From Chiloscyllium plagiosum (Eukaryota), in the NCBI RefSeq assembly GCF_004010195.1, contig NC_057752.1, positions 3,487,407-3,536,576 of the forward strand: a stretch of 49,170 bases of DNA, written 5' to 3'. A program made the translations under genes and the position numbers. Positions 11,391 through 23,662 of this stretch are shown here, in pieces. The notes under the pieces were generated by a model. The model saw only the letters and a list, made by a program, of their open reading frames with translations, had not been told where the DNA came from and ran no database searches. The stretch's first letter is position 1, and the number at the start of each line of letters is the position of its first letter.

Positions 11391-11409
11391 CAGATATCAT
11401 GTGACCTTT

Positions 11410-11665
11410 TGGATGGTCAGAGGCTTTTTCCCCAGGGTTGACGTTTCAATGACAAGAGGGCACAGGTTCAAGGTGAGGGGGAGAAAGTTGAAGGGAGACG
11501 TGCAAGGGAGGTTCTTCACACAGAGAGTGGTAGGAGCCTGGAACACTGCCAGAAAAGTGGGTGGAAGCAGGCACGTTGGCAACATTGAAGAGGATGGTTA
11601 CATGAATACAGAGGGAATACAGGGAGATGGACCGAATAAGGGCAGAGGATTCTTTATCTAGTTTA
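11410..11665 (+). mobile_element. CR1 3' fragment
   Basis: TRGHRFKVRG..FFTQRVVGAWN. Confidence 0.85.
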
Positions 11666-12031
11666 AGAGTAAAAGATAACCTAATTTGTGACAGCTAGAA
11701 ATGCAATCTCTACGTGTGTAAACGTAAAGGTTTGAGAGCAAACGTGAGGTGGGGGGGGGGGGTCAACACTGACTAGGTCTTTGGAACAGTTAATATTGAC
11801 ACGACCACTGGTTACTGAAATATTAAAAAAATGAATGCTGGAGAAACTCTGTGGAGAGAGGTGATGTGGAGGAAGGCAAAAATCACATGACCAACGGTGT
11901 CATGTGACTTTTGACGTTGTGGAAAGAGAAACACAGTTAACATTTTGAGTCTGATGTGCCTGGTCTTCAGGACCCTGGTTGCTCTCCATGGTGCTGAATT
12001 CACAATTCAATGGCTTTCCCAGGAATCTATG

Positions 12032-12215
12032 ATTTGGCGATGCCGGTGTTGGACTGGGGTGTACAAAGTAAAAATCACACAACACCAGGTTATAATCCAA
12101 CAGGTTTATTTGGAAGCACTACCTTTCGGAGCGCTGATGAAGCAGCAGCGCTCCAAAAGCTAGTGCTTCCAAATAAACCTGTTGGATTATAACCTGGTAC
12201 CATGTGATTTTTAAT
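12032..12215. mobile_element. Penelope-like fold-back element, family B, with a 12-bp TSD
   Basis: Inverted arms around CTGATGA (12134-12140); TSD caggaatc(t/g)atg at 12020-12031 and 12216-12227. Confidence 0.85.
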
Positions 12216-12489
12216 CAGGAATCGATGGCATGTGAGGAAAATGCCACAGTGAGATTCCCACCAACCCTATTCGCAAAAGGTCCATGAAAATCAAGGATTT
12301 CTGGGCCAAAACTCAGGGGTCAACTTTCACATGCAATCTACCATAAACCAAAAGGATTTTGGAGCCAAAGATCATGCTTCAACTGTTACATGAGATTGAC
12401 TACTACTTGAGTATATACAGTACACATTTTAATATTTCTTTATGCAGTCAGTTAATTAATCTTTTTTCTCCACACTTCAAGGAAAGAAT

Positions 12490-12790
12490 GAAGAGGTTTT
12501 TTTAACACAGAGTGGGTTATTATGATCTGGAGTGCATTAGTCAGGGGAAATGTAGAGTAATAGGGGAGGGGATTGGGTGGGATACTCTTCGGAGGGTCAG
12601 TGTGGACCTTTGGGTCTGTAGGGATTCGATAAAAAAATTCTATAAATGTGCTGTCTGAAAGGGCAGTGGAAGGGGATTCAGTAGTAGCCTTCAATATATG
12701 CTTGAAATGGAATAACTATGGAGACGTGGGGAAAGAGGGAAGGCAAAAAGCCAGAGCACAATAATACAGCTTTCTGTGCTGTATGATGTT
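12490..12790 (+). mobile_element. Old CR1 3' remnant interrupted by an HE1 3' fragment (about 12527-12630)
   Basis: ttttaacacagagtgggttattatgatctgga..ctgtctgaaagggcagtgga flanks gtgcattagtcaggggaaat..ctgtagggattc. Confidence 0.6.
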
Positions 12791-12934
12791 GTGTTGTATT
12801 AGATGGCTTTCTCTTCCTTGCAACTAGCCATTCTCCTCCACCCAACCATCGCGAGGTCTTCATGTAAGCACATATGGGTCAATTTCCAGATCTCTTGTCA
12901 GCCAGGTACAAGCAATATGCAACAATAACTGTAG

Positions 12935-13075
12935 GGGAAAAGAAACCAGAAATTGTTGGATGCACTTAGCAGGTCAGCTGCCATCAATGGAGAGGAAAGC
13001 GGAGTTAGCATTTCAAGTCTGTTCTTTTTTTGTCGTTCCATTTCAGATTTTGAGCTTCTGCAGTGTTTTGCTTTG
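12935..13075. mobile_element. Degenerate Penelope-like terminal fold-back remnant, family C
   Basis: cagaaattgttggatgcacttagcaggtcag..gagttagcatttcaagtc resembles the copies at 20630 and 45145. Confidence 0.5.
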
Positions 13076-13639
13076 CCAAGGATGACATGAATGAATGAGT
13101 TAATAAAGAAAAGCCCAGCCGCCTGAGAGGTGGGGAACTGTGCAGTCTTTCCTGATGGGAGCTTTGTAGGCCAAATGCTTTGTCTCGTTTCTTTCTATCT
13201 TGTGAAATAGTCACCGCCCCTGCTAATTTCATCTCTCCCTTCCCTCCAGGACTGTCTCTGCAGTTCATATCAGGAGTGAAGCTGAGCTCTTATCAAATGG
13301 AAAGCTACCCTGCTCCATGCTGTCGCGTAATAATACCCTCTTATCAGTGCTTTGAAATCTCTGAGTCTTTTGATTTGATCATAGGTCATTTATGGAGCAC
13401 ATTACTGGAGGGAACTACTCAAAGAAATAAAAGTTAAAGCTCACACAGAAATGAATTCACTTTTTTTCTTGCAGCATGCAATAGCACAGAGAAACAGAGA
13501 GACCCCAAGACCATCCTTAAATGGAAATGGATCTTGAGACCCTGCTCGATAATTGAATTGCTCAGCCTCCGCACCTTCAGGGTTGGAAGTCAAATTCCAG
13601 CTTTAACCACTAAAGGTACCATGAACAGTGCTCCGAGAA

Positions 13640-13900
13640 ACACAATCAATCTTTCGCTATGGCGAAGGCAAGGATTATTCATCATTTAGCATTCCACTAT
13701 TGGTGACCATGCCTTCCATTGCCTGAGCCCCAAGCTCTGCAATCACCTCCCTGTACCTGTCTCCCACACGCTGCTCTGTAACTCCGGAAAGCTTACATCT
13801 ATGACCGAGCCTGAAAATCTCCCTGAGGCTCACTGTCGGACACTCAGGTGAACTGCCTTGAGATGGTGCATTAGACTGAAGGTGCTCCATAAATTAAGCT
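13640..13900 (+). mobile_element. L2-like LINE 3' remnant
   Basis: ggtgaccatgccttc..ccccaagctctgcaatcacctccct (G.RAFS...P.LWNSLP-like) and terminal aaggtgctccataaattaagctg. Confidence 0.55.
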
Positions 13901-13944
13901 GTTTAATTCATGAATTCTTGCTGCTGCCACTGCAGGTTCATTAT

Positions 13945-14272
13945 CTGTAGAGCTGCACAACACGGAAACAGGCCATTCGGCCCATCGCGTCTACACTAAC
14001 TTTCCGAAGAGCGTCCCACCCAGACTCACCCCCGCTCCCCTCTAAGCCAGCATTTCCCATGGCTAACTGGCACCTCCCTGAGGACTATGCGTAATTTAGC
14101 ATGGCTAACCCACCAGACCTGTGCATCTTTGGACTGTGGGAGGAAACCGGAGCACATCCACACAGACACAGGGAGAATGTGCAAACTCCACACACACAGT
14201 CACCCAAGGGTGGGCATCGAACCCGGGTCCCTGTCACTGTGAGGCAGCAGTGCTAGCCACTGTACCACCCCA
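13945..14272 (-). mobile_element. HE1-type SINE
   Basis: Reverse-complement tRNA head, central domain and HER1-like tail. Confidence 0.9.
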
Positions 14273-15694
14273 TGATGGGTAGGGCTTAAGTGATTTCCTA
14301 CCCATTAAACAGCAATAGACAGAACCCACCGAGTTGATCACACCTCCCAATCTCAATCTGCACCCTCCATCACTCAAAAGTCCTAATCCAGGCACGTGAA
14401 CTGGTAAAATTCATTCTTATGTTTCCGAGGAGGAAGGTAAGTCTGGAATTGGCTAGAAAGAAGATTTAGGATGTGGACAGTGACCAGGAACTGGATACTG
14501 ACCTGCAAGGTCTCCTTGAAAGATGTCTCATCATGATTTAGAACTTGTGGTTTCCAAAAATGCCATTAAGTTCTCTCCCTTGACTGTAATATTTATATTG
14601 CTTTTGGCATTCCCTCCTGTGGCTGCACAGATTTCACTGTTGTATTAACATCAAACAACTCGCAAAAGGTCAGCTTTATTTGTTAACTGTCGAGATAAAA
14701 GGCAGGAAATCCAAACTGGAAAAAATAAACTGCTGAAAAAATACAACCAGCCCTTCAGCGACTGAAAAGGGGAAAAAAACATGAAGTTGTTCACCCTTCC
14801 AAGAAAACACATGCGTCTCTTTCCGAATGTTGATGGTGCTGTTGTACAATTCCAATCCATTTTGGTTTCCATGTGTCATCAACTGCCCTCGAAATTTGAA
14901 CAGATTTGTTACAATCGAAAGACTAATGCTATGGACACAAGCTAGCTCTCAACTGAGATTGAAGTTTGAATGATTTGAGCAGCAGTTCAACAAGGCCACC
15001 ACCTTCTCTAGGGGCAACTAGGGACAGGGCAATAAATACTGGGTCCACATCCCCCAAATTAATTTTGAAAAAATGATACACTGCACTTTATGGGAGGGAC
15101 AGATGGATCATTTGGTCTGTCAAAGCCGTGCTAGTGGTTGGCTCCACGTAAACCTACCCGATCTATTCCCACTCATTCCCCACTCCGTTGAACATTCCTC
15201 TCTAAATCCCTAAGTGAAGAGTGCATGGACTCGGATTTAACAACTGCTTGTGGGATAGAGCGTCACAGTCCAAACACCCCATTGTGGAAAGTGTTCCCTT
15301 CAAGCCTTTCGGCTTCATCTTAAATTTCTGCCTTTAAAGTTGGGGAGAGCCATTGATGGTGTCGGGCTCCAACTTTGTCCATGTGGTTTCATGAGGGAGT
15401 CAGTCGAGGTGAGTCACATGGAGGAGATGAGAGCAGCAAAGATGGAGGAAAAGCTGCCACGTGATAATGGAGTCAGATTTATACAACACCTCGAATTGAA
15501 TGAAACATTCCAGCATGCACCACAAAGCGCTGTGTGAAATAAAACACGAGTCTCACAAGGCATTGTTAGGTCAGGCAACCAAATGTTTGGTCAAACTGGG
15601 AGATTTTTAAGACAGGTCTTCAAGAGGAAAGTGGGGCAGACAGGTGGAAAGGTGAAGGGAGGCAATTCGAGAGATCAAGGTGCAGGCAATTAAA

Positions 15695-16490
15695 ATTAGA
15701 ATCGCTGTCATGTGGAAACAAGCCCTTCAGCCCAACCAGTCCACACCGACCCTCGGGAGAGTATTCCAGCCAAACCCATTCCCCTACATTTACCCATGAC
15801 ACATGCACCTAACGTATACATCCCTGGACACTATGGGACAATTTCCCATGGCTAATCCACCCTAACCTGTACATCCCTGGACACTATGGGACAATTTAGC
15901 ATGGCCAATCCACCCTAACCTACACATTCTTGGACATTATGGGACAATTTAGTATGGCCAATCCACCCTAACCTGTCACATCCCTGGACATTATGGGACA
16001 ATTTAGCATGGCCAATCCACCCTAACCTACACATCCCTGGGCACTATGGGACAATTTAGCATGGCCAATCCACCCTAACCTGCACATCCCTCGGCACAAT
16101 GGGGCAATTTAGCGTGGCCAATCCACCCTAACCTGCACATCCCTGGGCACTATGGGGCAATTTAGCATGGCCGATCCACCCTAACCTGCACATCCCTGAA
16201 CACTATGGGGTAATTTAGCGTGGCCAATCCACCCTAACCTGCACATCCCTGAACACTATGGGTAATTTAGCATGGCCAATCCACCCTAACCTGCACATCC
16301 CTGAACACTATGGGTAATTTAGCATGGCTAATCCACCTTGACCTGCACATCTTTAGCTTGTGGGAGGAAACCAGAGCACCCAGAGGTAATCCACGCAGAC
16401 ACGAGGAGAATATGCAAACTCCACACAGACAGTTGCCAGAGGCTGGAATCGAACCCGGGTCCCTGGTGCGGTGAGGCACTGTGCTGCCCC
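15695..16490 (-). mobile_element. HE1-type SINE with an expanded internal tandem array
   Basis: Head at 16440-16490, tail at 15695-15790 and the array between them. Confidence 0.92.
15808..16351. repeat. Minisatellite of about 10 units of 52-54 bp
   Basis: Unit atttagcatggccaatccaccctaacctgcacatccctggacactatgggaca starts at 15841, 15894, 15947, 16001, 16054, 16107, 16160, 16213, 16265 and 16317. Confidence 0.97.
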
Positions 16491-16619
16491 ACGGTCAGGT
16501 GAATTAAAGGTGGAGTGATTCCAGGCCAGAATTAGAGGCTGGAGGAGATGGCAGAAATAGGGAGGAGTAAGGAAGGATTTGACATGAGAATTTTCAAATC
16601 AAGATGACAGTTTCCCAAC

Positions 16620-16720
16620 AGAAGCTGGCAAACGGGACTAGATTCATTTCGGATATCTGGTCAGCATGGATGAGTTGGACCGAAGGGTCTGTTTCCCTGC
16701 TGTACATCTCAATGACTCTA
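16620..16720 (+). mobile_element. HER1/CR1 3' tail only
   Basis: ggtcagcatggatgagttggaccgaagggtctgtttcc..atgactcta. Confidence 0.8.
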
Positions 16721-18135
16721 CAACAGTGAGCACAGAGGTGACTCGTCAGTTAAGAAGGATGGGCTATTTTGTCCACAAGACATTCCAATCTAAGTCCAGA
16801 TTTTCTGCCAATGATAGAGGTAGCTTCTACAAACCTGTCCTGACAACACAGCTACACTCTCCATCATCAGCAACTTACTTGCTTTTCAGAGGAATACCAC
16901 AGATGCACTTAGTATTTTATATTCGACAAGTTGACAATGTCAAGTGACAAGAAGTTGAATCGTGAAGGGCTGATTCTTCAAAGTGCCTGTGACATGAGCT
17001 GAATGCTCTCCTTCCATCTTGGTAATTTACTATCTGCCTTGTCAAGAGGCTTGATATTGCTAAAGCAGAGTTGCCATTGTCAGAAGTACTTCATAGGTTA
17101 CTCGCTGTGAATTTCCTGGTCTGTCCGTAATTGCATAGCTTTAGATTGTCAAAGGCTAGAATGAAGGTTCCAGCCTGTCGACATTCAGAGAAGGCTTTAG
17201 CTGCTGGCCCCTGAATATACATTACAACAATTGCTAAAACTATTCACAGCTGTCAGGAACACTGAAAAAAAAAATCAGCATTCAGCAGTCATATCGACAA
17301 AAGAGAAAGGTTGGTTCCTGATGGGTGAATTTACTTGAATTCTGAAGTCCTACACCTTAAACATAGCTGCAGTGGGATTTGTACGACACGGAACTTTAAT
17401 GCTTTAGGCGGGGAATAACTTGATCAGGATTTTGAAATGGAGCCAATTTAAGTTTAAGCCTTGAAGCCTTCCAGGGGCTGAACAAGGGAATCGTCCCAAG
17501 GAGCTGGCAAGCGAACCGCTACAGTTTAACAGTTTTCCAATTAGTTCAGGATATCAATACGATGATTTGTAATCTCATTGGATTCTTAAAAGTTTTGACT
17601 GTTTCACATTGAAAATTACTCAAGGACAACAATAAACATATTTGGCATTTGTCCTGACTTATGGAAATATTAATGCAGTTATAAATTCACATTTCTGAGC
17701 TCACCCTGGTGTCACACTGTCATATCATGCGATCAATATATAGGATTTCATCGAATATACAGGACAGAAGCTAGCCAATTCACCCAATCCATCCACACCT
17801 GTATTTATGCTTGTTCTGTCATTCTCAGTCTTTCCTGTAACCATGCACATACTTGTCTAGCTTCCCCTTAAATCTGCAGTATCCACCTCCTCTGGCAGTG
17901 AGTTCCACATTACTCTCTGGGTAAGGACTTTCCTGTTGGACTTCTTATTGGATTGTTTGGTGGCTATGTCATATACTGAAGGACGAACGGATCAGCATTC
18001 ACCAAGACAATTAGCTCATGCAGCCCAGGAGGTCTGATAAACCGTCACTCACCCTACGACCTTTGTCTCTTAAATGACTCCTGCATCTTTGCCTCCATGA
18101 CTTATTCCATGTGTTGATCACACCTTGTTGCAATT

Positions 18136-18472
18136 GGGGGTGGCACGGTGGCTCGGTGGTTAGCACTGCTGCCTCACAGCACTAGGGACTCAGGTTCGAT
18201 TCCAGCCTTGGGTGACTGTCTGTGTGGAGTTTGCACGTTCTCCCCGTGTCTGTGTGGGTTTCCTCCCACAGTACAAAGATGTGCAGGTTAGGTAGACTGA
18301 CCATGCTAAATTGTCCATAGTGTTTATGAATGTGTAGGTTGGGTATATTAGTCAGGGGTAAATATAGGGTAGGGGGATGGGTCTGGGTGGGTTACACTTC
18401 GTGGGGGGGGGGGGGGGGGTCGGTGCGGACTTGTTGGGCCAAAGGGCTTATTTCCACACTGTGGGGATTCGA
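18136..18472 (+). mobile_element. HE1-type SINE with an internal poly-G run
   Basis: tRNA head ggtggcacggtggctcggtggttagc..ggttcgattcc and HER1-like tail. Confidence 0.93.
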
Positions 18473-18539
18473 TGAATTCTGTTGAGTGAATTAGAATAAA
18501 AAGTATTCTTATTGACACTGGACTGGGTGGGCACCCAGA

Positions 18540-19650
18540 GGCTGTGGGGCAGAGGAAAACCAAGGGACACAGTTTAAGAATAAGAGGACCTCCTTTGAAG
18601 ACAGAAATTAGGAGGCTATTTTCTCTCAGGGGGCTGTTGGAGTATGGAATTCTCTAGCAGTGAAGTCTGGGCCACTCTAATCATTCATTAAAGCATAGAG
18701 TCATACAGCACCTTTCGGCCCAACCAGTCCATACCAACCATGTTCCCAAACTAAACTAGCCCCACCTACCTGGGGCATATCCCTCCAAACCTTTCCTGTT
18801 CATGTACTTATCCAAATATCTTTTAAACATTGTAACTGCCCCCAAATCCACCCCTTCCTCAGGACGTTCATTCCACACACGTACCACTCTCTGTGTAAAA
18901 GAGTTGTCCTTCTTATATCTTTCTCCACTCATCTTAAAATTACGTCCACTAGTTTTGAACTCCCTCATCCGAGAGAGAAGACCTTCATCATTCACCTTAC
19001 CTATGCCCCTCATGATTTTATAAACCTCTGTAAGGTCACCCCTCAACCTCCTGTGCTCCAGTGAAAAACGTCTCAGCCCTTCCAGTTTATTTTTATATCT
19101 CAAACCTTCCGTTCCCAGCAACATCCTGAAAAATCTCTTCTGAACCCTCTCCAGCTTAATAATATCCTTCCTATAACAGGGCGACCAGAACTGGACAGAG
19201 TATTCCAGAAGAGGATTCACCAATGTCCTGTACAACCTCAACATAACATCCCAACTCCTATACTCAAAGGACTGAGCAATGTAGGCAAGTATGCTAAACA
19301 CCTTCTCAACCACCCTGTCTATTCGTGATGCAACTTCAAAGAATTGTGCACCTGAACCCCTAGGCCCCTCTGTTCTAAAACATTACCCAAGGCCCTACTT
19401 TTAACTGTATAAGTCCTGCCCTTGCTTATTTTACAAAATGCAACATTCATCTGAATTAAACTCCATCTGCTACTCCTCAGCCCATTGACCCATTCAAGGA
19501 GGAGTTGGATAGATTTTTAATAGTCAAGGGAGTCAAGGGATATGGAGGCAGAAGGGACATGGAATTGGGACCATAACCAGAGCAGCCATGATCATATTGA
19601 ATGGTGGAGCAGGCTTGAAGGGCTGAATGGCCCTCTTCTGTCCCTAAGTT
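18540..19650 (+). mobile_element. CR1 3' remnant hosting an opposite-strand HER1-like insertion
   Basis: accaagggacacagtttaagaataagagg..tggaattctct before the insert and ttcaaggaggagttggatagattt..tail after it. Confidence 0.75.
18693..19492 (-). mobile_element. HER1/CR1 3' fragment
   Basis: ORF 18756-19313: LYRTLVNPLLEYSVQFWSP..VWNERP. Confidence 0.93.
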
Positions 19651-20629
19651 CTACGCTCCATTGAAAAGTGTTGGTTCAGTCACCAAAATGTGTGATGCAG
19701 TGTGGTTCTGACCCACACGGGTCAAGAACATGTCAGGTTTGACACTAAGGGTCGGCCATCAGCAAATGGGCGATTATCCCGATCGAATGGCTCAGATCAT
19801 GTTGTACAACCTTGTTGTAATTGATTCCCATTTGCACGTGGGCGATCGGACATTGAACGGCTCCATGACAATGAGCGAACCAAAGTTCATTCTCCGGGCT
19901 CGTACATGGAGAATGGACCACCTCAGAATCACAGGCCCGAGAAGGACACCCAACACAAATCACCACCTTCAGAAGGGGAGGAGGGGGCCTCGAAGGACCA
20001 GAGACTGCAAGGCAGCGAAATGCAATTTAACTGAAAATACATTCTGATAACTGCTGCCCTCAGAAGCTGAGCAGTATTTACTCAAGTTGAAAAATGTGGT
20101 GCTGGAAAAACATAGCAGGTCAGGCAGCATCTGAGGAGCAGGCGTATTTACTCAAGGTTATCTTCAGGACTGCTCTCCCTGTGTGGTTTCATCCTGTTGA
20201 GGATCAAACACTTCTTTTGTGGCTAGTCTGCAGAACAGACTATCTATGTTCCCACATTCTCTCAGAGTACGGACACATCACACAGCTCAGTTTGAAACTA
20301 CATATCACCTCTGAAGAGCAACCTTTGATTCTGGAAGACACAAAAGGTCACAAGGTAAGTTCAGAACAAGGTGGCATTTTGGCTCATTTATTTGACATGG
20401 ACGAGCTGGGTCAAAGAGCCTGTGTCTGTGCTGTACATCTCTGACTCTTCCTTTGAAGATTACCAACTTCGCCATCATCCTACTGTGGAAGGGGCAGTCA
20501 AACCAACCTGCCCCTCACCAAGGGGTAGACGTGCTGCGACTAAGTGTTGGGATCGATCCCAACAGACTCGATTTGTCTCAATGTAAACTACAGGATTTCT
20601 ATCTGTTTTAAATCTATATCATTTATTGT

Positions 20630-20795
20630 TAAAGCCAAAAGAACTGTGGATGCTGGAAATCAGAAAGAGAAGTCGCTGGAAAAGCTCAGCAGGTCTGGCA
20701 GCATCTGTGAAGAGAAATCAGAATTAACGACTCGGGTCTGGTGAAGATTTCTCTCCACAGGTGCTGACAGACCTGCTGAGCTTTTCCAGCAATTT
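20630..20795. mobile_element. Penelope-like fold-back, family C
   Basis: gctggaaaagctcagcaggtctggcagca is mirrored by tgctgacagacctgctgagcttttccagc. Confidence 0.7.
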
Positions 20796-20852
20796 CCATC
20801 ACTTATTGCACGTTTGGGTTCCTGGGTTTTCTCTATGTCTGAAGTAAGTAAT

Positions 20853-21062
20853 TTTGAGGTGCCGGCGTTGGACTGGGGTAGACAATGTTAGAAGTCACAC
20901 AACACCAGGTTATAGTCCAACAGGTTCATTTGGAAGCACTTGCTATAAATTCTGTGTCTTATGATCCTGCCCCACTCGCTAACCGATGAAGGAGCAGCGC
21001 TCTGAAAGCTAGTGCTTCCAAATAAACCTGTTGGACTATAACCTGGTATTGAGTGATTTTTA
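20853..21062. mobile_element. Penelope-like fold-back, family B, with a 15-bp TSD
   Basis: Inverted arms; core ccgatga-a-ggagc-agc-gctct-gaaa-gcta at 20983-21011; TSD tctgaagtaa(g/a)taat at 20838-20852 and 21063-21077. Confidence 0.85.
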
Positions 21063-21136
21063 TCTGAAGTAAATAATGAACAGGCAGGCGTTTCTGTAGC
21101 GATGGTGGTTTCTTTTAAAGCTATTTTTGAGAAGGG

Positions 21137-21200
21137 CTGATGAAGGGCTTATGCCTGAAACATTGACTGTTTTGCTCCTTGGAAGCTGCCTGACCAGTGC
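21137..21200 (+). mobile_element. Family A Penelope-like terminal remnant with a hammerhead core
   Basis: CTGATGA-A-GGGC-TTAT-GCCT-GAAA-CATT. Confidence 0.7.
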
Positions 21201-21214
21201 TCCACTTTTCACCA

Positions 21215-21487
21215 CGTTTTTAAGCTGAGAGGAGAGAGATTTAAAAAGATCAAAAGAGGCACATGATTTTACACAGAGGGTGGTTCGCGTGTGGAATGAT
21301 CATCCTGAGGAAGTGGTGGATGTGGGTACACTTACAACGTTTTAAAGGTATTTGGATGGACGCATAAAGAGGAAAGATTTGGAGGGATATGGGCCAGGAG
21401 CAGGCAGGTGGGACGAGTTTGGTTTGGGATTATGGTTGGCATGGACTGGTTGGGCCGAAGGGTCTGTTTCTGTGCTGTAGGACTCTA
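21215..21487 (+). mobile_element. HER1/CR1 3' fragment
   Basis: cagagggtggttcgcgtgtggaatga.. followed by the CR1 tail. Confidence 0.88.
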
Positions 21488-21936
21488 TAAGAGGCTTTTC
21501 TATTGAACAAGAAGTTGTCAATTTCATGTCTAGAACTAATTAATGTGGTAGACATTGTTACTGCAGAGGACCTAGATGTTAGATTTCAGTCCTTTCAAAC
21601 CCTAAACTGTTCTGCCCACAGGACATTATAACATTGGTGGCACTCATGGCACTCCTTAGTATTAACCCTTTCAGACTCTCACATCCTTATGGATCCACTA
21701 AAGAATACAGTCAAGAGAAGAAAGATTTTGGCATGCCCCCAATTCACCTGATGCACTTTCATGATTCATCAGGCATCTTCCCCCTGCATTGTTTGATTAC
21801 TAAGGCCACTCTGTGAATACATGTTATCTTGATAACAGCTCACTTCCCTTTTGGGCCTACTACAGTTACTGACCTGAAATGTTAACTTTGCTCTCCAGGG
21901 ATCCTACTGAGCCTGCTCCCCACTTCCAGCATTTTA

Positions 21937-22232
21937 TAGATTAGATTCCCTACAGTGTGGAAGCAGGCCCTTCAGCCCAACAAGTCCACACCGACCCCTC
22001 CAGGGAGCAACCCATCCAGACCCATTTCCCTTAGACTGATGCATCTAACACTATGGGCAATTTAGCATGGCCAATCCACCTGACCTGCACATCTTTGTAA
22101 CTGTGGGAGGAAACCCATGCAGACACGGGGAGAATGCGCAAACTCCACACAGTCGCCCAAGGCGGGAATTGAACCCAGGTCCCTGCTGCTGTGAGGCAGC
22201 AGTGCTGACCACTAAGCCACCGTGCCACCCCA
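21937..22232 (-). mobile_element. HE1-type SINE inserted in a family C remnant (about 21865-22295)
   Basis: Head and tail are present; the flanks ctgaaatgttaactttg..ttccagcatttt and atttcagatgtccagcatctgca are contiguous family C sequence. Confidence 0.92.
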
Positions 22233-22869
22233 CCATTCGAACATAAGGCTTCTTGGTCTTATTTCAGATGTCCAGCATCTGCAACCTTTTGCAGTCAGAA
22301 CAGATCAACCAATGTCACTTGCATTTTGCTATAGTAGCAGGACTCACTCAACATGTACTTCAAAATATTATGGCCTCCGAACAAAAGGTGATTAATTCCT
22401 GGCGTTAAGGGTTCCAAATATGGCCTCTGAAATGCAAATAAATTTGATGAGAGTCGACAGCTTTAAACAAGAGGAGGACAGGCCACAATTACAATGAATG
22501 GGACTGGCTGCACAGGACCTGATTTTTACCTCAGGAAAGCATTCCTTTATTATTATTACAGTACAATACACGAGCAATCAATTACATTTTGCAGGGTACT
22601 CGTCTCCAAGCTCATAGCGCTTGTGGGCTGCAGATAAACACTTCAGCAAGCTCCGATTAATTTATTACTTTGAAGGTCAGTGCCAGACTTGCTCATCACA
22701 AAATGTCCTTCAGTGGTTTGATCGCAGCACCTCCACAATGGGTTTTACATGAAAGTCTCCGGAATACGGACGGAATATTCTGCTTCACAGCATTTCTGTT
22801 TCTTTGGAGTTGCGTTGAATTAACAGGCCCACATGTGTTTCTGATCCCCATGAGTTTCCTCTCATCAAG

Positions 22870-23662
22870 ACAGCGTACAGCAAAGAGATACAGGGCTTGG
22901 TGGCACGGTGAAAGGAAAATAATCTCTCCCTCAATGGCAGCAAAACCAAGGAGCTGGTCATCGGCTTCAGGAAGGGGAGTGGAGGGCACGCCCCAGTCTG
23001 CATCAGTTGAGTTGAGATGGAGAGGATCAAGTCCCTGGGAGTGACGATCACCAACAATCTGTCCTGGTCCACCCACGTTGATATGATGGGCAATAAAGCA
23101 CAACAATGTCTCTACTCCCTCAGGAGGCTATGGAAATTCAGCATGTCCTTAAAGACTCTCCCCAACTTTTACAGATGAACCACAGAAAGCATTCCATCCA
23201 GATGGATCACGGCTTGGTACGGCAACTGTGCTGCCCAGGACAGTGAGAAACTACAGAGAGTTGTGAACACAGCCCAGTCCATCACCCAAACCAACCTTCC
23301 ATCCACTGGCTCCATCTACACTTCCCACTGCCTCGAGAAGGCAGCCAACATCATCAAAGACCCCTCCCACCCCAGTTACAATCTCTTCCAACCTCTTCCC
23401 TCGGGCAGAGGATACAAAAGCTTAAACACACAGACTAACAGATTCAAGAACAGCTTCTTCCCTGCTGTTATCAGACTTCTGGCTGGACCTCTCCAATTTC
23501 AAATCGAATGTGAATTTAACTCTTTGTGCACCTATGTGCAGCCATAACATTGTTTCCTCACTCTGTTCTATTACCCTAATGCACTTTGTACTGCACACAA
23601 AACAAAACTTTTCACTGTACCTAGGTACATGTGACAAAAATAAATCAAATCAAATCAAATCA
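22870..23662 (+). mobile_element. Rex/Babar- or L2-related LINE 3' fragment with an (aaatc)n tail
   Basis: NNLSLNGSKTKELVIGFRK, KAQQCLYSLRRLWKF and IIKDPSHPSYNLFQPLPSGRGY..RFKNSFFPAVIRLL; ends aataaatcaaatcaaatcaaatc. Confidence 0.85.

Larger units (their letters stand above)
15500..16620 (-). mobile_element. L2-like remnant interrupted by an HE1 SINE
   Basis: caaagcgct..ttggtcaaactgggagatttttaag..ggcaattcgagag before the SINE and ggctggaggagatggcagaaataggga after it. Confidence 0.5.

Noticed and set aside
14392..14436. 45-nt exon-like segment with a perfect aag|gtaagt donor
   Set aside because: It is isolated, has a mediocre acceptor and no recognisable peptide, and is expected by chance in 49 kb.
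15808..16351. CRISPR-like regular repeats
   Set aside because: The units are head-to-tail with no unique spacers and derive from the HE1 SINE interior in eukaryotic DNA.
18403..18419. Poly-G runs (also about 11750, 23940 and 36205) as G-quadruplex elements
   Set aside because: These are simple homopolymer expansions, several inside repeats, and prone to sequencing error.
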